Positions 26,701 through 35,005 of a stretch of 64,000 nt of DNA are shown here, one piece after another. The translations under genes were made by a program, and so were the position numbers. This DNA comes from Candidatus Aminicenantes bacterium (lineage in GTDB: Bacteria > Acidobacteriota > Aminicenantia > Aminicenantales > UBA4085). The first letter of the stretch is position 1. Every line of letters starts with the position of its first letter. Under the pieces are notes generated by a model. The model was given only the letters and a program-made list of their open reading frames with translations. It was not told where the DNA came from and did no database searches. The stretch spans positions 5,761-69,760 of the forward strand of contig JAPKZJ010000011.1 in the NCBI GenBank assembly GCA_026393855.1. The letters are read 5' to 3'.

Positions 26701-27906
26701 TCAGCCTTTGTCCGCCAGGGTCGCCGCCAGGGCGGCGTAGAAAGCAGCGGCGAGGATCAGATCCTCGACCGGGCAGAATTCGTCGACGGCATGCGCCTGC
26801 GGCTCGTTGCCGGGGCCGAGCCCCAGGCAGGGGATGCCGTAAGGCGGCGTGATGCCGACGCCGTTGGTGCTGAAAGTCCACTTGTCCACTTTGGGCGGCC
26901 GGCCGTAAAGGCCTGCGAAAGCCGAGACCGCGGCCGTGAGCCAAGGCGAGCGTTCCTCAAGGGTCCAGGTGGGGAAATACTTTTCGTAGGGCACGATCTT
27001 CCCGGTGTGGGAGGGCTCGCGATACTCGGGAACAACCACCTCGGCTTCGGCAACGCCGGCCCGGGCGGCCGCCGCGCGCACTTCGGCGACGGCGCCGGCC
27101 TTGGTCTCGCCGGCGGTCAGGCGCCGATCGAGGTGGAGCCGGGCCGAGTCGGGTACGGCGCAAAATGAAGGCGAATCGGAGGCAATCTCGGTCACGGCGA
27201 CCGTACCCTTGCCGAGGAACGCGTCGACAGCCAGCCTCTCGTTGAGCTTCTCGATTTCCAGGGCCAGGCGTGCGGCCTTGTAGGCGGCGTTGTCGCCGCG
27301 CTCGGGCGCCGAGCCGTGGCAGCTCCGGCCGCGGAGCCCGATCTCGATCTCCATGCGGCCGCGGTGGCCGCGGTAGATATTCAGGCTGGTCGGCTCGGTC
27401 AGAACGACCAACTCGGGCCGGATCCGCTCTTCCTCGACCAGATATTTCCAGGCCATCCCTTCGCAGTCCTCTTCCTGGACGCTGCCGATGAAGAGCAGGG
27501 TCAGGCCGCGGTCCAAGCCCAGCTCGCGGACGATGCGCCCGGCGTGGACCATGGCGGCCAAGCCGCCCTTTTGGTCGGCGGCGCCGCGCCCCCAAACTTT
27601 GCCCTCGGAGACATGCGCGGCGAAAGGATCGAACGACCACTGCGACCGGTCGCCCGGCAGAACCGTGTCCACATGGGCGTCAAAGGCGACGACACGCGGC
27701 CCGCTGCCGATGCGGCCGATGACGTTGCCCAGCCCGTCGATGCGGGCTTCGTCGAAGCCGAGCCGGGACATCTCGGCGGCGATGCGCGCCGTGACCGGCC
27801 CTTCCTGGGCGGAAGGGGAGGGGATGGCAACCAGATCGACCAGAAACGCGGTCAGCTCCGGTTCGCCTTTCCTGGCCTTATCTAAAATCGCCGTATAGTC
27901 GATCAT
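26701..27906 (-). CDS. ygeY: YgeY-family M20 metallohydrolase
   Basis: 401 aa. The N-terminus ..LVDLVAIPSPSAQEGPV..RIAAEMSRLGFDEARIDGLGNVIGRIGSGPRVVAFDAHVDTV parallels E. coli YgeY (..[45 protein letters not shown], from memory). Confidence 0.85.
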   Translation of the reverse strand: MIDYTAILDKARKGEPELTAFLVDLVAIPSPSAQEGPVTARIAAEMSRLGFDEARIDGLGNVIGRIGSGPRVVAFDAHVDTVLPGDRSQWSFDPFAAHVSEGKVWGRGAADQKGGLAAMVHAGRIVRELGLDRGLTLLFIGSVQEEDCEGMAWKYLVEEERIRPELVVLTEPTSLNIYRGHRGRMEIEIGLRGRSCHGSAPERGDNAAYKAARLALEIEKLNERLAVDAFLGKGTVAVTEIASDSPSFCAVPDSARLHLDRRLTAGETKAGAVAEVRAAAARAGVAEAEVVVPEYREPSHTGKIVPYEKYFPTWTLEERSPWLTAAVSAFAGLYGRPPKVDKWTFSTNGVGITPPYGIPCLGLGPGNEPQAHAVDEFCPVEDLILAAAFYAALAATLADKG

Positions 27907-27922
27907 GGGAGGGACTCTCTTT

Positions 27923-29254
27923 TCAAAAACGCTTCCAAAGGGCTGTCGCTAATTCGCGGCCGCGGGCGGCGGCCCGCTCTTCATCGATCCCCAATTTTAA
28001 GACCTTGTTTTCCATAAGCACTCGGCCCGCGACGATCGTGGTGTCCACCGTCGCTTGCGACACGCCGAAAACGAGATGGCCCAGGATGGAGCCGGCGTCG
28101 AGCGGGGTCGGAGGGTCGTAATCGACCAGGATAACGTCGGCCGGGCCGCCCTCGCGGATCTTGCCCAGGGGCAGGCCCCAGACGCGCTCGGCGATCGCCG
28201 GGTTGCCCGAAAATAGGGCCCCGGTCGCTTCCATGAAGCCCTGCGACGGATCGCGTCGGCCGTAATGCTGGGCCCAGACGGCGACCCGCAACTCCTCGAG
28301 CATATCCACGGTCATGGCGTCCGTGCCCAGTCCGACCAGGACGCCGGCAGCCGTCATGGCCGTGATGTCGGCGATGCCCACGGCGTTGTTCAGATTGGAC
28401 TGGGGGTTATGCACGACCATCGTGCCCGTCGAGGCAAGCGTCTCGATCTCGGCTGGATCGACGTGCACGGCGTGGGCCGCGATCGTCTTGGAGCCGAGGA
28501 TGCCATGGCGCTGCAGCCGCTCGACGACCCGGACGCCGTGCTTGGCCAGGCAGTCGTCCTGGTCGCCGGCGGCCTCGGCGCAGTGGATGTGGCAGCCCAC
28601 GCCCAAGTCGACGGCCAGAATGGCGGCGCGCGTCAGCGTCTCGTCGGAGAGGGTGAAAGAGGCATGCAGGCCGACCAGCGCTCGCAGGTGCTCGCCGCCC
28701 CGCTCCCGGCAGAGGCGCACTGCGGCGGCATTCTCGGCCAGGCCTTCGTCGGCGGCTTGCGGGCCGTCCCGGTCCGAAATCTCATAAGCCAGCCCGATGC
28801 GCAGGCCCGTTTCCAGCCCGGCTTCGGCGATGCGCTCCAGCGATCCCGGGATCGCCATGGGGCTGGCGTGATGATCGATCAGGGTCGTAGTGCCCTTGCG
28901 CACGGCGGCCAGCATCATCAGCAGGGCGCTGGTGTAGGTGTCTTCGAGCGTCAGCTTGCGGTCGAGCCTCCACCAGAGGTTGCGCAGTATGCCGTCGAAA
29001 TCGTGGGCCGGGGCGGCCTTGCCCAGGCCGCGCACCAGGGTGCTGTAGAAATGCATATGGGAGTTGATGAGGCCCGGCATGACCAGCTTGCCCCGGGCGT
29101 CGATGGTGGGCACGTTTTTGGCGGGCAGCTCGTTCACCGGCGCTATTTTGGTCACCCTGCCGTTTTCGATGAGCAGGCCGCAACCGTCGAGCAGGGCGAA
29201 GTCGCTGCCGCCCGTGAAGAGAGGCCCGTTGATTATCCGCAGGCGATCGGCCAT
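27923..29254 (-). CDS. ssnA: SsnA-type aminohydrolase
   Basis: 443 aa. The motifs MPGLINSHMHFYS, NLWWRLD and LIDHHASP match the E. coli SsnA blocks recalled from memory (MPGIVCSHNHFYS, NLWWRLD, VIDHHASP). Confidence 0.85.
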   Translation of the reverse strand: MADRLRIINGPLFTGGSDFALLDGCGLLIENGRVTKIAPVNELPAKNVPTIDARGKLVMPGLINSHMHFYSTLVRGLGKAAPAHDFDGILRNLWWRLDRKLTLEDTYTSALLMMLAAVRKGTTTLIDHHASPMAIPGSLERIAEAGLETGLRIGLAYEISDRDGPQAADEGLAENAAAVRLCRERGGEHLRALVGLHASFTLSDETLTRAAILAVDLGVGCHIHCAEAAGDQDDCLAKHGVRVVERLQRHGILGSKTIAAHAVHVDPAEIETLASTGTMVVHNPQSNLNNAVGIADITAMTAAGVLVGLGTDAMTVDMLEELRVAVWAQHYGRRDPSQGFMEATGALFSGNPAIAERVWGLPLGKIREGGPADVILVDYDPPTPLDAGSILGHLVFGVSQATVDTTIVAGRVLMENKVLKLGIDEERAAARGRELATALWKRF

Positions 29255-31741
29255 TCAATCCTCTCTTAAGATTTTTCGTTCCGCTTGGCTTCGCTCGCGC
29301 ATCGACAGCGCCCCGGCGAAGCAGCGCTGGACGCAAAGCGAGCAGCCGATGCAGCGAGCCGGGTCGGTTTTGGGGACTTTGCGGCGATCGAGCTCGATCG
29401 CTTGGTAGGGGCAGCGGCTGCAGTTGCCGCAATGAACGCAGAGGCGGCGGTCCACGGTCGAAATGCGCTTCTCGGCCGTGAGGTCGGGGAAATCGCGGAT
29501 GGGCTTCGGTAGGGCCCGGCCGATAAGCTCCGCAACGGACTCGAGCCCCAGTGCCTCCAGCAGCCCGCTCAGCCCGGCGTGCAGCTCTTCGACGATCTCG
29601 ACCCCGTAATGCAGGGCCAGGGTGCAGAACTGCACCGTCTCGGCCCCGAGGGCCAGGAAATCGGCGGCCTGGCGGTAATTCATCGGGCCGCCGTTGCCCG
29701 AGATGCGGCAGCCGAGGCCGGCTGCCTTGGCCAGAGTCAAGTTGCTGATGGGCAGGATGCCTTCGCCGGAGAGGCCGACGACGATGCCCTCGTCCCATTC
29801 CTCCTTGGCGCCCGGCCGGAAAGCCAGGCCGGGGAAAGAGTTGGCCAGCGTCACTCCGGCCGAGTGGCCCGGATGAAGGTCCAAGGCGGCGCGGGCGGCC
29901 TGCAGGATCGGGGCGATGGCCGTCACGGCGCCGGTCAGCTTGAAGAGCTTCGGCACATCAGGCCGCGAAGCGCCGGACAGCACCCAATCGATGATTCTTG
30001 CCGTCAGATCGGCGTCCTGCGAGACGATGTCACCCTTGGTGCCGTCCCCGCCCTGGGGGCAGGACAGGCTGTACTCGATGGCCATGGCCCCGGCCGCTTC
30101 GAGCTTCCGGGTGTTGGCCTGCCAGACGGCGCGGTCACGTTCGGGAGCGCCGGTAACCGGGCCGCCGGTCGAGGCGATGGTCAGGCGGTCGGGAAACTCG
30201 CGGTTAAGAGCCTCGATCTCGCGGCAGACGCGGTCCAGGGCGTGGCCCGAGACGTTATCGCAGTTGCCGTAGGTGCCGCGGCCGAGGACGAACATGTAAT
30301 CGGCCGGGATGTGGATCGGCAGGCCGTCGAAGGCCGTTTTCAAAACACCGCCGGCCCAGCCGGCCTTGTAGGCCAGGCGCATTTGTTCGAGGCCGTCGCT
30401 GGCGGGGGAGGCCGAAAGGAGGAAGGGCGAAAGGATCTTCCGGCCGAAGAAGTCCGCGGTGAGGGGCACGGGCCGCAGGTTACGACCGGGCATGATGATG
30501 CGGCTTTTGCCGGCGGTCTGTTTGGGGGTGCGTTTGCGGGCGATGCCGTCCAAGGCGCGTTGGGCGGCGTTCTTGCCCGAAGCTACGGCGGAGACGACCG
30601 TGCCCGGCCCCTCGGCCATGTCTCCGGCGAAGTAGAGACCGGGAACTTCCGTGACGGCGAGCCGGGAGCGGGCGCCGATGGCGACGATGATCTCGTCGTA
30701 GCTCCGTGAGAAGGCCGGCTGCTTCGAATCGGGGATCATGCGGCCCGGGCTGAATGACTGACCCTTGGGCAGGCGCATGGGCTGGATGCGGGCGGATGAT
30801 CCGCGCCCTGCGGGGCGGATCGCGGTTACGGCCGCGCGGCCGGTGATCAGGATGCCGGCCCGAAGCAATCCCGCCCTCTCGTGGGGTTCCAGGGGCATCT
30901 CCCCGGGTGTCTCCAGACAGATCATCTCGACCGAGGCGCCGCGGCGATCGGCCGTCTCGGCGCAGTCGGCGGCCACGGCGCCGCCGCCGATGACGGCAAC
31001 ATGCCGGCCGACCATGGACCGGGAAATTGGTTCAGCCAAAAAACCGATCCAGTCCCGCGTCCGCTCTTCGCCCGAAATTCCCAGGCGCAACGGCAGGTCC
31101 AGCCCGGTGGCGACGACGACGGCGGCAAAGCCTTGCCCGAGCAGCGCTTGCGGCTCGTCCACGGTTCGGCGGCAGCGGATGCGAATGCGGCCCAGCCCCG
31201 AGAGAAAGCGAATATCCGAGCGCAGGACATCCTGCGGCAGGCGGTCGGCGGGAATGAGGTTGGCCATGCCTCCGGCGCGGATCCCGCGCTCGAAGACCTC
31301 GACGTCCAGCCCGTACTGCGCCAACAGCGCCGCCGCGGCGAGCCCGGCCGGTCCGGCGCCGACCACGGCGGCCCGCAAGCCCGTCTCCGGCCCGGCCGTG
31401 AATCGGGGCATGATCCGTAGTTTCTTGGCCCGGCGGATGATCTCGGCTTGCACGGCGGGGATCCGGACGGGCGAGTCCACGCCTGCTTTAACGCAGGCCT
31501 GGACGCAGTACTTCTCGGGGCAGGCGGCGCCACAGACGCCGCCGAAGGGATTGGCGCCCATGATCAGCGCCGCGGCCCGGCGATAGTCGGAGGAAGCGCC
31601 GACTTTTGCCGCCATGATGAAGTCGGCCGGAGAGACGTCGGCCGGGCAGGCCTCGCGGCAGGGCTTTTCACGGCAAAATTCGCATTTATCGACTTCAGCC
31701 TTGAATTGGGCCTCGGTCAGGAATTCGCCGCTTTTGTTCAT
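29255..31741 (-). CDS. Dihydropyrimidine-dehydrogenase-like flavo-iron-sulfur oxidoreductase (PreT/GltD-like N-half fused to PreA/DHOD-like TIM barrel plus 2x[4Fe-4S])
   Basis: 828 aa from MNKSGEF (GGAAGG 5 nt upstream).
- N-terminal Cys clusters CEFCREKPCREACP and GGVCGAACPEKYCVQAC.
- VVGAGPAGLAAA and VIGGGAVAADCA dinucleotide folds.
- A DHOD/DPD-like barrel.
- C-terminal CVHCGNCSRCP and CIGCSLCVQRC.

An alternative ATG at 31819 lies 12 nt from the -10. The gene occupies the position that ygfK holds next to ssnA in E. coli. Confidence 0.75.
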   Translation of the reverse strand: MNKSGEFLTEAQFKAEVDKCEFCREKPCREACPADVSPADFIMAAKVGASSDYRRAAALIMGANPFGGVCGAACPEKYCVQACVKAGVDSPVRIPAVQAEIIRRAKKLRIMPRFTAGPETGLRAAVVGAGPAGLAAAALLAQYGLDVEVFERGIRAGGMANLIPADRLPQDVLRSDIRFLSGLGRIRIRCRRTVDEPQALLGQGFAAVVVATGLDLPLRLGISGEERTRDWIGFLAEPISRSMVGRHVAVIGGGAVAADCAETADRRGASVEMICLETPGEMPLEPHERAGLLRAGILITGRAAVTAIRPAGRGSSARIQPMRLPKGQSFSPGRMIPDSKQPAFSRSYDEIIVAIGARSRLAVTEVPGLYFAGDMAEGPGTVVSAVASGKNAAQRALDGIARKRTPKQTAGKSRIIMPGRNLRPVPLTADFFGRKILSPFLLSASPASDGLEQMRLAYKAGWAGGVLKTAFDGLPIHIPADYMFVLGRGTYGNCDNVSGHALDRVCREIEALNREFPDRLTIASTGGPVTGAPERDRAVWQANTRKLEAAGAMAIEYSLSCPQGGDGTKGDIVSQDADLTARIIDWVLSGASRPDVPKLFKLTGAVTAIAPILQAARAALDLHPGHSAGVTLANSFPGLAFRPGAKEEWDEGIVVGLSGEGILPISNLTLAKAAGLGCRISGNGGPMNYRQAADFLALGAETVQFCTLALHYGVEIVEELHAGLSGLLEALGLESVAELIGRALPKPIRDFPDLTAEKRISTVDRRLCVHCGNCSRCPYQAIELDRRKVPKTDPARCIGCSLCVQRCFAGALSMRERSQAERKILRED

Positions 31742-31826
31742 GCCTGCCTTCCGTTTTTGGCGGCCGCCCCCATTCGATCCGTCCGGCGGCGGGTCCGGGG
31801 ACGCTTCAGAGTCCCGCATCGCCGCG

Positions 31827-31863
31827 GGACAAGCATAGATTCCGCCCTCGGGTATGTCAAGGA
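31827..31863 (-). promoter_or_regulatory. Promoter/operator block of the 13-kb purine operon (twin of 15757-15793)
   Basis: On the minus strand: TCCTTGACAT, 9 nt, CGGAATCTATGCTTGTCC. That gives -35 TTGACA (31860-31855), a 17-nt spacer and -10 TATGCT (31837-31832). Confidence 0.6.
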
Positions 31864-31882
31864 TGGCGGGGAGCTCTTTCCC

Positions 31883-31911
31883 TTGCTTTATTCCGGCCGC
31901 GAATCTACAAT
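31883..31911 (+). promoter_or_regulatory. Candidate promoter of the cdd-deoC-aor-pdp operon
   Basis: TTGCTT (31883-31888), 17-nt spacer, TACAAT (31906-31911). GGAGGA RBS at 31941-31946 before ATG 31949. GAATCTA directly precedes and overlaps the -10, as in the two purine promoters. Confidence 0.5.
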
Positions 31912-31948
31912 TCCGGCGCACCGCCCTCTCTCAGGGCGCCGGAGGAAC

Positions 31949-32389
31949 ATGGCCGATCACAAAGCGGAATTGCTGGCGGCGGCCCGGCAGGCGCGCGAAA
32001 AAGCCTACGCTCCCTACTCGCTCTTCCCCGTCGGCGCGGCCGTCCTCGGCTCCGGCGGCGGGATCTATAGCGGCTGCAACGTCGAAAACGCCTCCCTGGG
32101 GCTGACCTGCTGCGCCGAGAGGAACGCCATTTTCGCCATGGTCGCCGCCGGGGAGAGGATCATCAAAGAAATCCTGGTCATCGGCGGCACCGCGGAGGTT
32201 CTCCCTCCCTGCGGCGCCTGCCGGCAGGTCATCGCCGAGTTCGCCGAGCCGACCGTCGTCGTCCATATGTGCGACCGCTCGGGCGCCGGCCGATCGACCA
32301 CGGTCGCCGAGCTCGTGCCGTTCCTCTTCCGCTTGAAAAAAAGAGCCCCCGCCCGGGCGCGGGGCCGGAAACGACCCGTCGGAAAATAA
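31949..32389 (+). CDS. cdd: Cytidine deaminase
   Basis: 146 aa from MADHKAELL. Zinc motifs CAERNA and PCGACRQ. The ORF track extends spuriously upstream to 31448. Confidence 0.9.
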   Translation: MADHKAELLAAARQAREKAYAPYSLFPVGAAVLGSGGGIYSGCNVENASLGLTCCAERNAIFAMVAAGERIIKEILVIGGTAEVLPPCGACRQVIAEFAEPTVVVHMCDRSGAGRSTTVAELVPFLFRLKKRAPARARGRKRPVGK

Positions 32390-32393
32390 GACG

Positions 32394-33224
32394 ATGATCG
32401 ACTTGAGCCGGGACGCGCTGGTCAAAATGATCGACCATACCGAGCTCTCGGCTCATTCCGGCGAGAAGAAGATCACCAACCTCTGCGACGAGGCTCGCGC
32501 CTTCGGCTTCTATGCCGTCTGCGTCAACAGCGCCTACACCCGCTTCGTCAAGGAGCGCCTCGCCGGAAGCGGCGTGCGGACCTGTATTGTGGCCGGCTTT
32601 CCGCTCGGGGCCGGCACGAGCTCCGCCAAGGCTTTCGAGGCCGGCGAGGCCGTGGCGAACGGGGCCGACGAAGTGGACATGGTGGTCGCCGTCGGGGCGC
32701 TTCGGGACAAGAGGCTCGATTTCGTCCGCGACGACATCCGGGCCGTGGTCGAAGCCTCCCGGCCGGCGCTGGTCAAGGTCATCCTTGAGACCTGCTACTT
32801 GACGGACGAGGAGATCGTCGCCGGCTGCAAGCTGTCCGTCGAGGCCGGAGCCAAATTCGTCAAGACCTCGACCGGATTCGGGCCTTTCGGCGCTTTCCCG
32901 GACCATGTCCGGCTCATGCGCCAAACCGTGGGCCCCGATATCGGCGTCAAAGCCTCGGGCGGGATCCGCAACTTCAAAGAGGCCTGGCGGCTGATCCGGG
33001 CCGGGGCCTCGCGACTGGGATTGAGCGCCAGCGTTGGGATCGTCGAGGGGCTGTCGCTCTACAAGTTCGCCCCGGCCGCCTTCCTGGAGGAAGAGATTCC
33101 CTGCCACATCTGCCCATCGCGCTTCGCCAGCCTCGACAAGCAGCCCAAGGCCGTCTACGCCTACTACAAAAAGAAATGCCTGACCTGCCCGCACCTCGCG
33201 ACGTACAACCGGTTCTACGAATAG
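32394..33224 (+). CDS. deoC: Deoxyribose-phosphate aldolase with C-terminal 4-Cys extension
   Basis: 276 aa. DeoC blocks LVKVILET, FVKTSTGF (Schiff-base Lys) and VKASGGIR. An extra tail of about 55 aa carries CHIC..(21 aa)..CLTC. Confidence 0.85.
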   Translation: MIDLSRDALVKMIDHTELSAHSGEKKITNLCDEARAFGFYAVCVNSAYTRFVKERLAGSGVRTCIVAGFPLGAGTSSAKAFEAGEAVANGADEVDMVVAVGALRDKRLDFVRDDIRAVVEASRPALVKVILETCYLTDEEIVAGCKLSVEAGAKFVKTSTGFGPFGAFPDHVRLMRQTVGPDIGVKASGGIRNFKEAWRLIRAGASRLGLSASVGIVEGLSLYKFAPAAFLEEEIPCHICPSRFASLDKQPKAVYAYYKKKCLTCPHLATYNRFYE

Positions 33225-33231
33225 GGAAGAC

Positions 33232-35004
33232 ATGATGCACGGCTGGATCGGAAAAATCGTCAAGATCGACCTGGGGCGGGGGACGCGGGAGACCGTCGAC
33301 GTCGGCGACGCGATGCGGCGCCGCTACCTCGGCGGCCGCGGCCTGGGCGTCAAGCTGTACGGCGATCTCTTCCCGGATCCGATCGACCCCTTGGGCGACG
33401 ACAACGCCCTGATCTTCATGACCGGTCCCTTGACCGGGACGATGATGACCTCGGGCCGCTTCCAGATCGTCTCGCGCTCGCCCCTGACCGGAACCATCTG
33501 CGACTCCAGCTCCGGCGGCGTCTTCGGCCAGGCGCTCAAGGCGGCCGGAGTCGACGGGCTGATCATCCGGGGCCGGGCCGCGGCACCCGTCTATCTTCTC
33601 GTCCAGGACGGCGAAGTCGAGATCCGCGACGCCGCGGCGTTTTGGGGGCTCGACACCCAGAAGACGCAGAAGGGCATCCAAGCCGAGACGCCGCCCCGGA
33701 CCTCGGTGGCCTGCATCGGCCCGGCCGGTGAGAACGGGCTCCTCTTCGCCGCCGTCATGAACGACAAGGACCGTGCCGCCGGCCGCGGCGGGATGGGCGC
33801 CATCATGGGCGCGAAGAACCTGAAGGCGGTCGCCGCCGCGGGCGCCCGGTCGGTGGAGATTGCCGACCCGGCCGGTTACAAGGACCTGGCGGCCCGTGTC
33901 GACCGGGCCGTCGACAAGAACCCGGTGACCGGCAAATCGCTGCAGCTTCTGGGCACGTCGGTGCTGGTCAACATCATCAACGCTCACGGCATGTTCCCGA
34001 CCGAGAACTTCCGGCGCGGCGTGTTCAACGACGCCGAAGGCACGAGCGGCGAGAAGATCGCCGAAACGCTGCTGCAGCGTCAGAGCGCCTGCTATAAGTG
34101 CCCGATCGGCTGCGGCCGCACGACCAAAACCCGGGATATGCAGGGCGAAGGGCCGGAATACGAAACAGTCTGGGCCTTCGGCGCCCATTTGGGGATCAGC
34201 GACCTGACTGCGATTACCGAGGCCAACTACGCCTGCAACGAGCTGGGGCTTGACACCATCACTATGGGCAGCACCCTCGGCTGCGCCATGGAGCTTCGCG
34301 ACGTCGGCGCCTGGCCGGAGGGCCCGCGTTGGGGCGAGGCCGGCAAGCTTCGGGAATGGGTGACCGACACGGTCTACCGGCGGGGGATCGGCGCCGAGCT
34401 GGCTTTGGGCTCGAAGCGGCTGGCGGCTAAATACGGCCGCCCCGAGCTGGCCATGCAGGTCAAAGGGATGGAGATTCCGGCTTACGATCCGCGCGGTGTC
34501 CAGGGCATGGCCCTGTCTTACGCCACGTCCAATCGGGGCGGCTGCCATATGCGGGCCTATATGATCGCCCCCGAAATCCTCGGCCACCCTGTTTTCCTGG
34601 ACCGCTTTTCCACCGCGGGCAAGGCCGAGCTCGTGGCCTTGTTCCAAGATATCTCGGCTATGGTGGACTCGACCGTTCTCTGCCGCTTTCTGCAGTTCGC
34701 CCTAGGGATCTCGACCTTCACCGAGATGCTGCGCACGGTCACCGGCCTGGATTTCAGCGACGAGGAGCTGATGGCCGTCGGCCGCCGCATCTATACTCTG
34801 GAGCGGCTCTTCAACAATCGGGCCGGATTCGGCCGCGGCGACGACACCCTGCCGCCGCGGTTTTTCAACGAGGAGCTGGCGACAGGGCCGTCGCGCCACC
34901 GCCTGGTGCGGCTCGACGAGATGCTCGACGATTATTACGCCGTCCGCGGCTGGGACAAGAACGGTGCACCGTTGCCGCAAACCCTGGCCGAGCTGGGGCT
35001 ATAG
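33232..35004 (+). CDS. aor: Aldehyde:ferredoxin oxidoreductase (tungsten/molybdopterin AOR family)
   Basis: 590 aa. The N-terminus GKIVKIDLGRG..YLGGRGLG is typical of AOR. [4Fe-4S] motif CYKCPIGCGR. Confidence 0.85.
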   Translation: MMHGWIGKIVKIDLGRGTRETVDVGDAMRRRYLGGRGLGVKLYGDLFPDPIDPLGDDNALIFMTGPLTGTMMTSGRFQIVSRSPLTGTICDSSSGGVFGQALKAAGVDGLIIRGRAAAPVYLLVQDGEVEIRDAAAFWGLDTQKTQKGIQAETPPRTSVACIGPAGENGLLFAAVMNDKDRAAGRGGMGAIMGAKNLKAVAAAGARSVEIADPAGYKDLAARVDRAVDKNPVTGKSLQLLGTSVLVNIINAHGMFPTENFRRGVFNDAEGTSGEKIAETLLQRQSACYKCPIGCGRTTKTRDMQGEGPEYETVWAFGAHLGISDLTAITEANYACNELGLDTITMGSTLGCAMELRDVGAWPEGPRWGEAGKLREWVTDTVYRRGIGAELALGSKRLAAKYGRPELAMQVKGMEIPAYDPRGVQGMALSYATSNRGGCHMRAYMIAPEILGHPVFLDRFSTAGKAELVALFQDISAMVDSTVLCRFLQFALGISTFTEMLRTVTGLDFSDEELMAVGRRIYTLERLFNNRAGFGRGDDTLPPRFFNEELATGPSRHRLVRLDEMLDDYYAVRGWDKNGAPLPQTLAELGL

Positions 35005-35005
35005 C

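Noticed and set aside
18714-31741. In-frame TGA (selenocysteine) or SECIS elements in the purine operon, given the selenium link of the YgeY/SsnA/YgfK families
   Set aside because: All nine ORFs are uninterrupted by TGA, and I saw no candidate recoding site. Selenium dependence, if any, would be through a labile Se cofactor and cannot be judged from this window.
32974-34647. 557-aa ORF antisense to aor (also 32229..33263 antisense to deoC, and 61443..63092 antisense to GH43)
   Set aside because: These are off-strand long ORFs in GC-rich genes with low-complexity composition. The sense strands carry unambiguous family motifs.
34964-35005. ATG 34964 as the start of the MoaD-like gene
   Set aside because: That start lies 41 nt inside aor in another frame. 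TTG 35006, directly after the aor stop, gives a MoaD-sized product.
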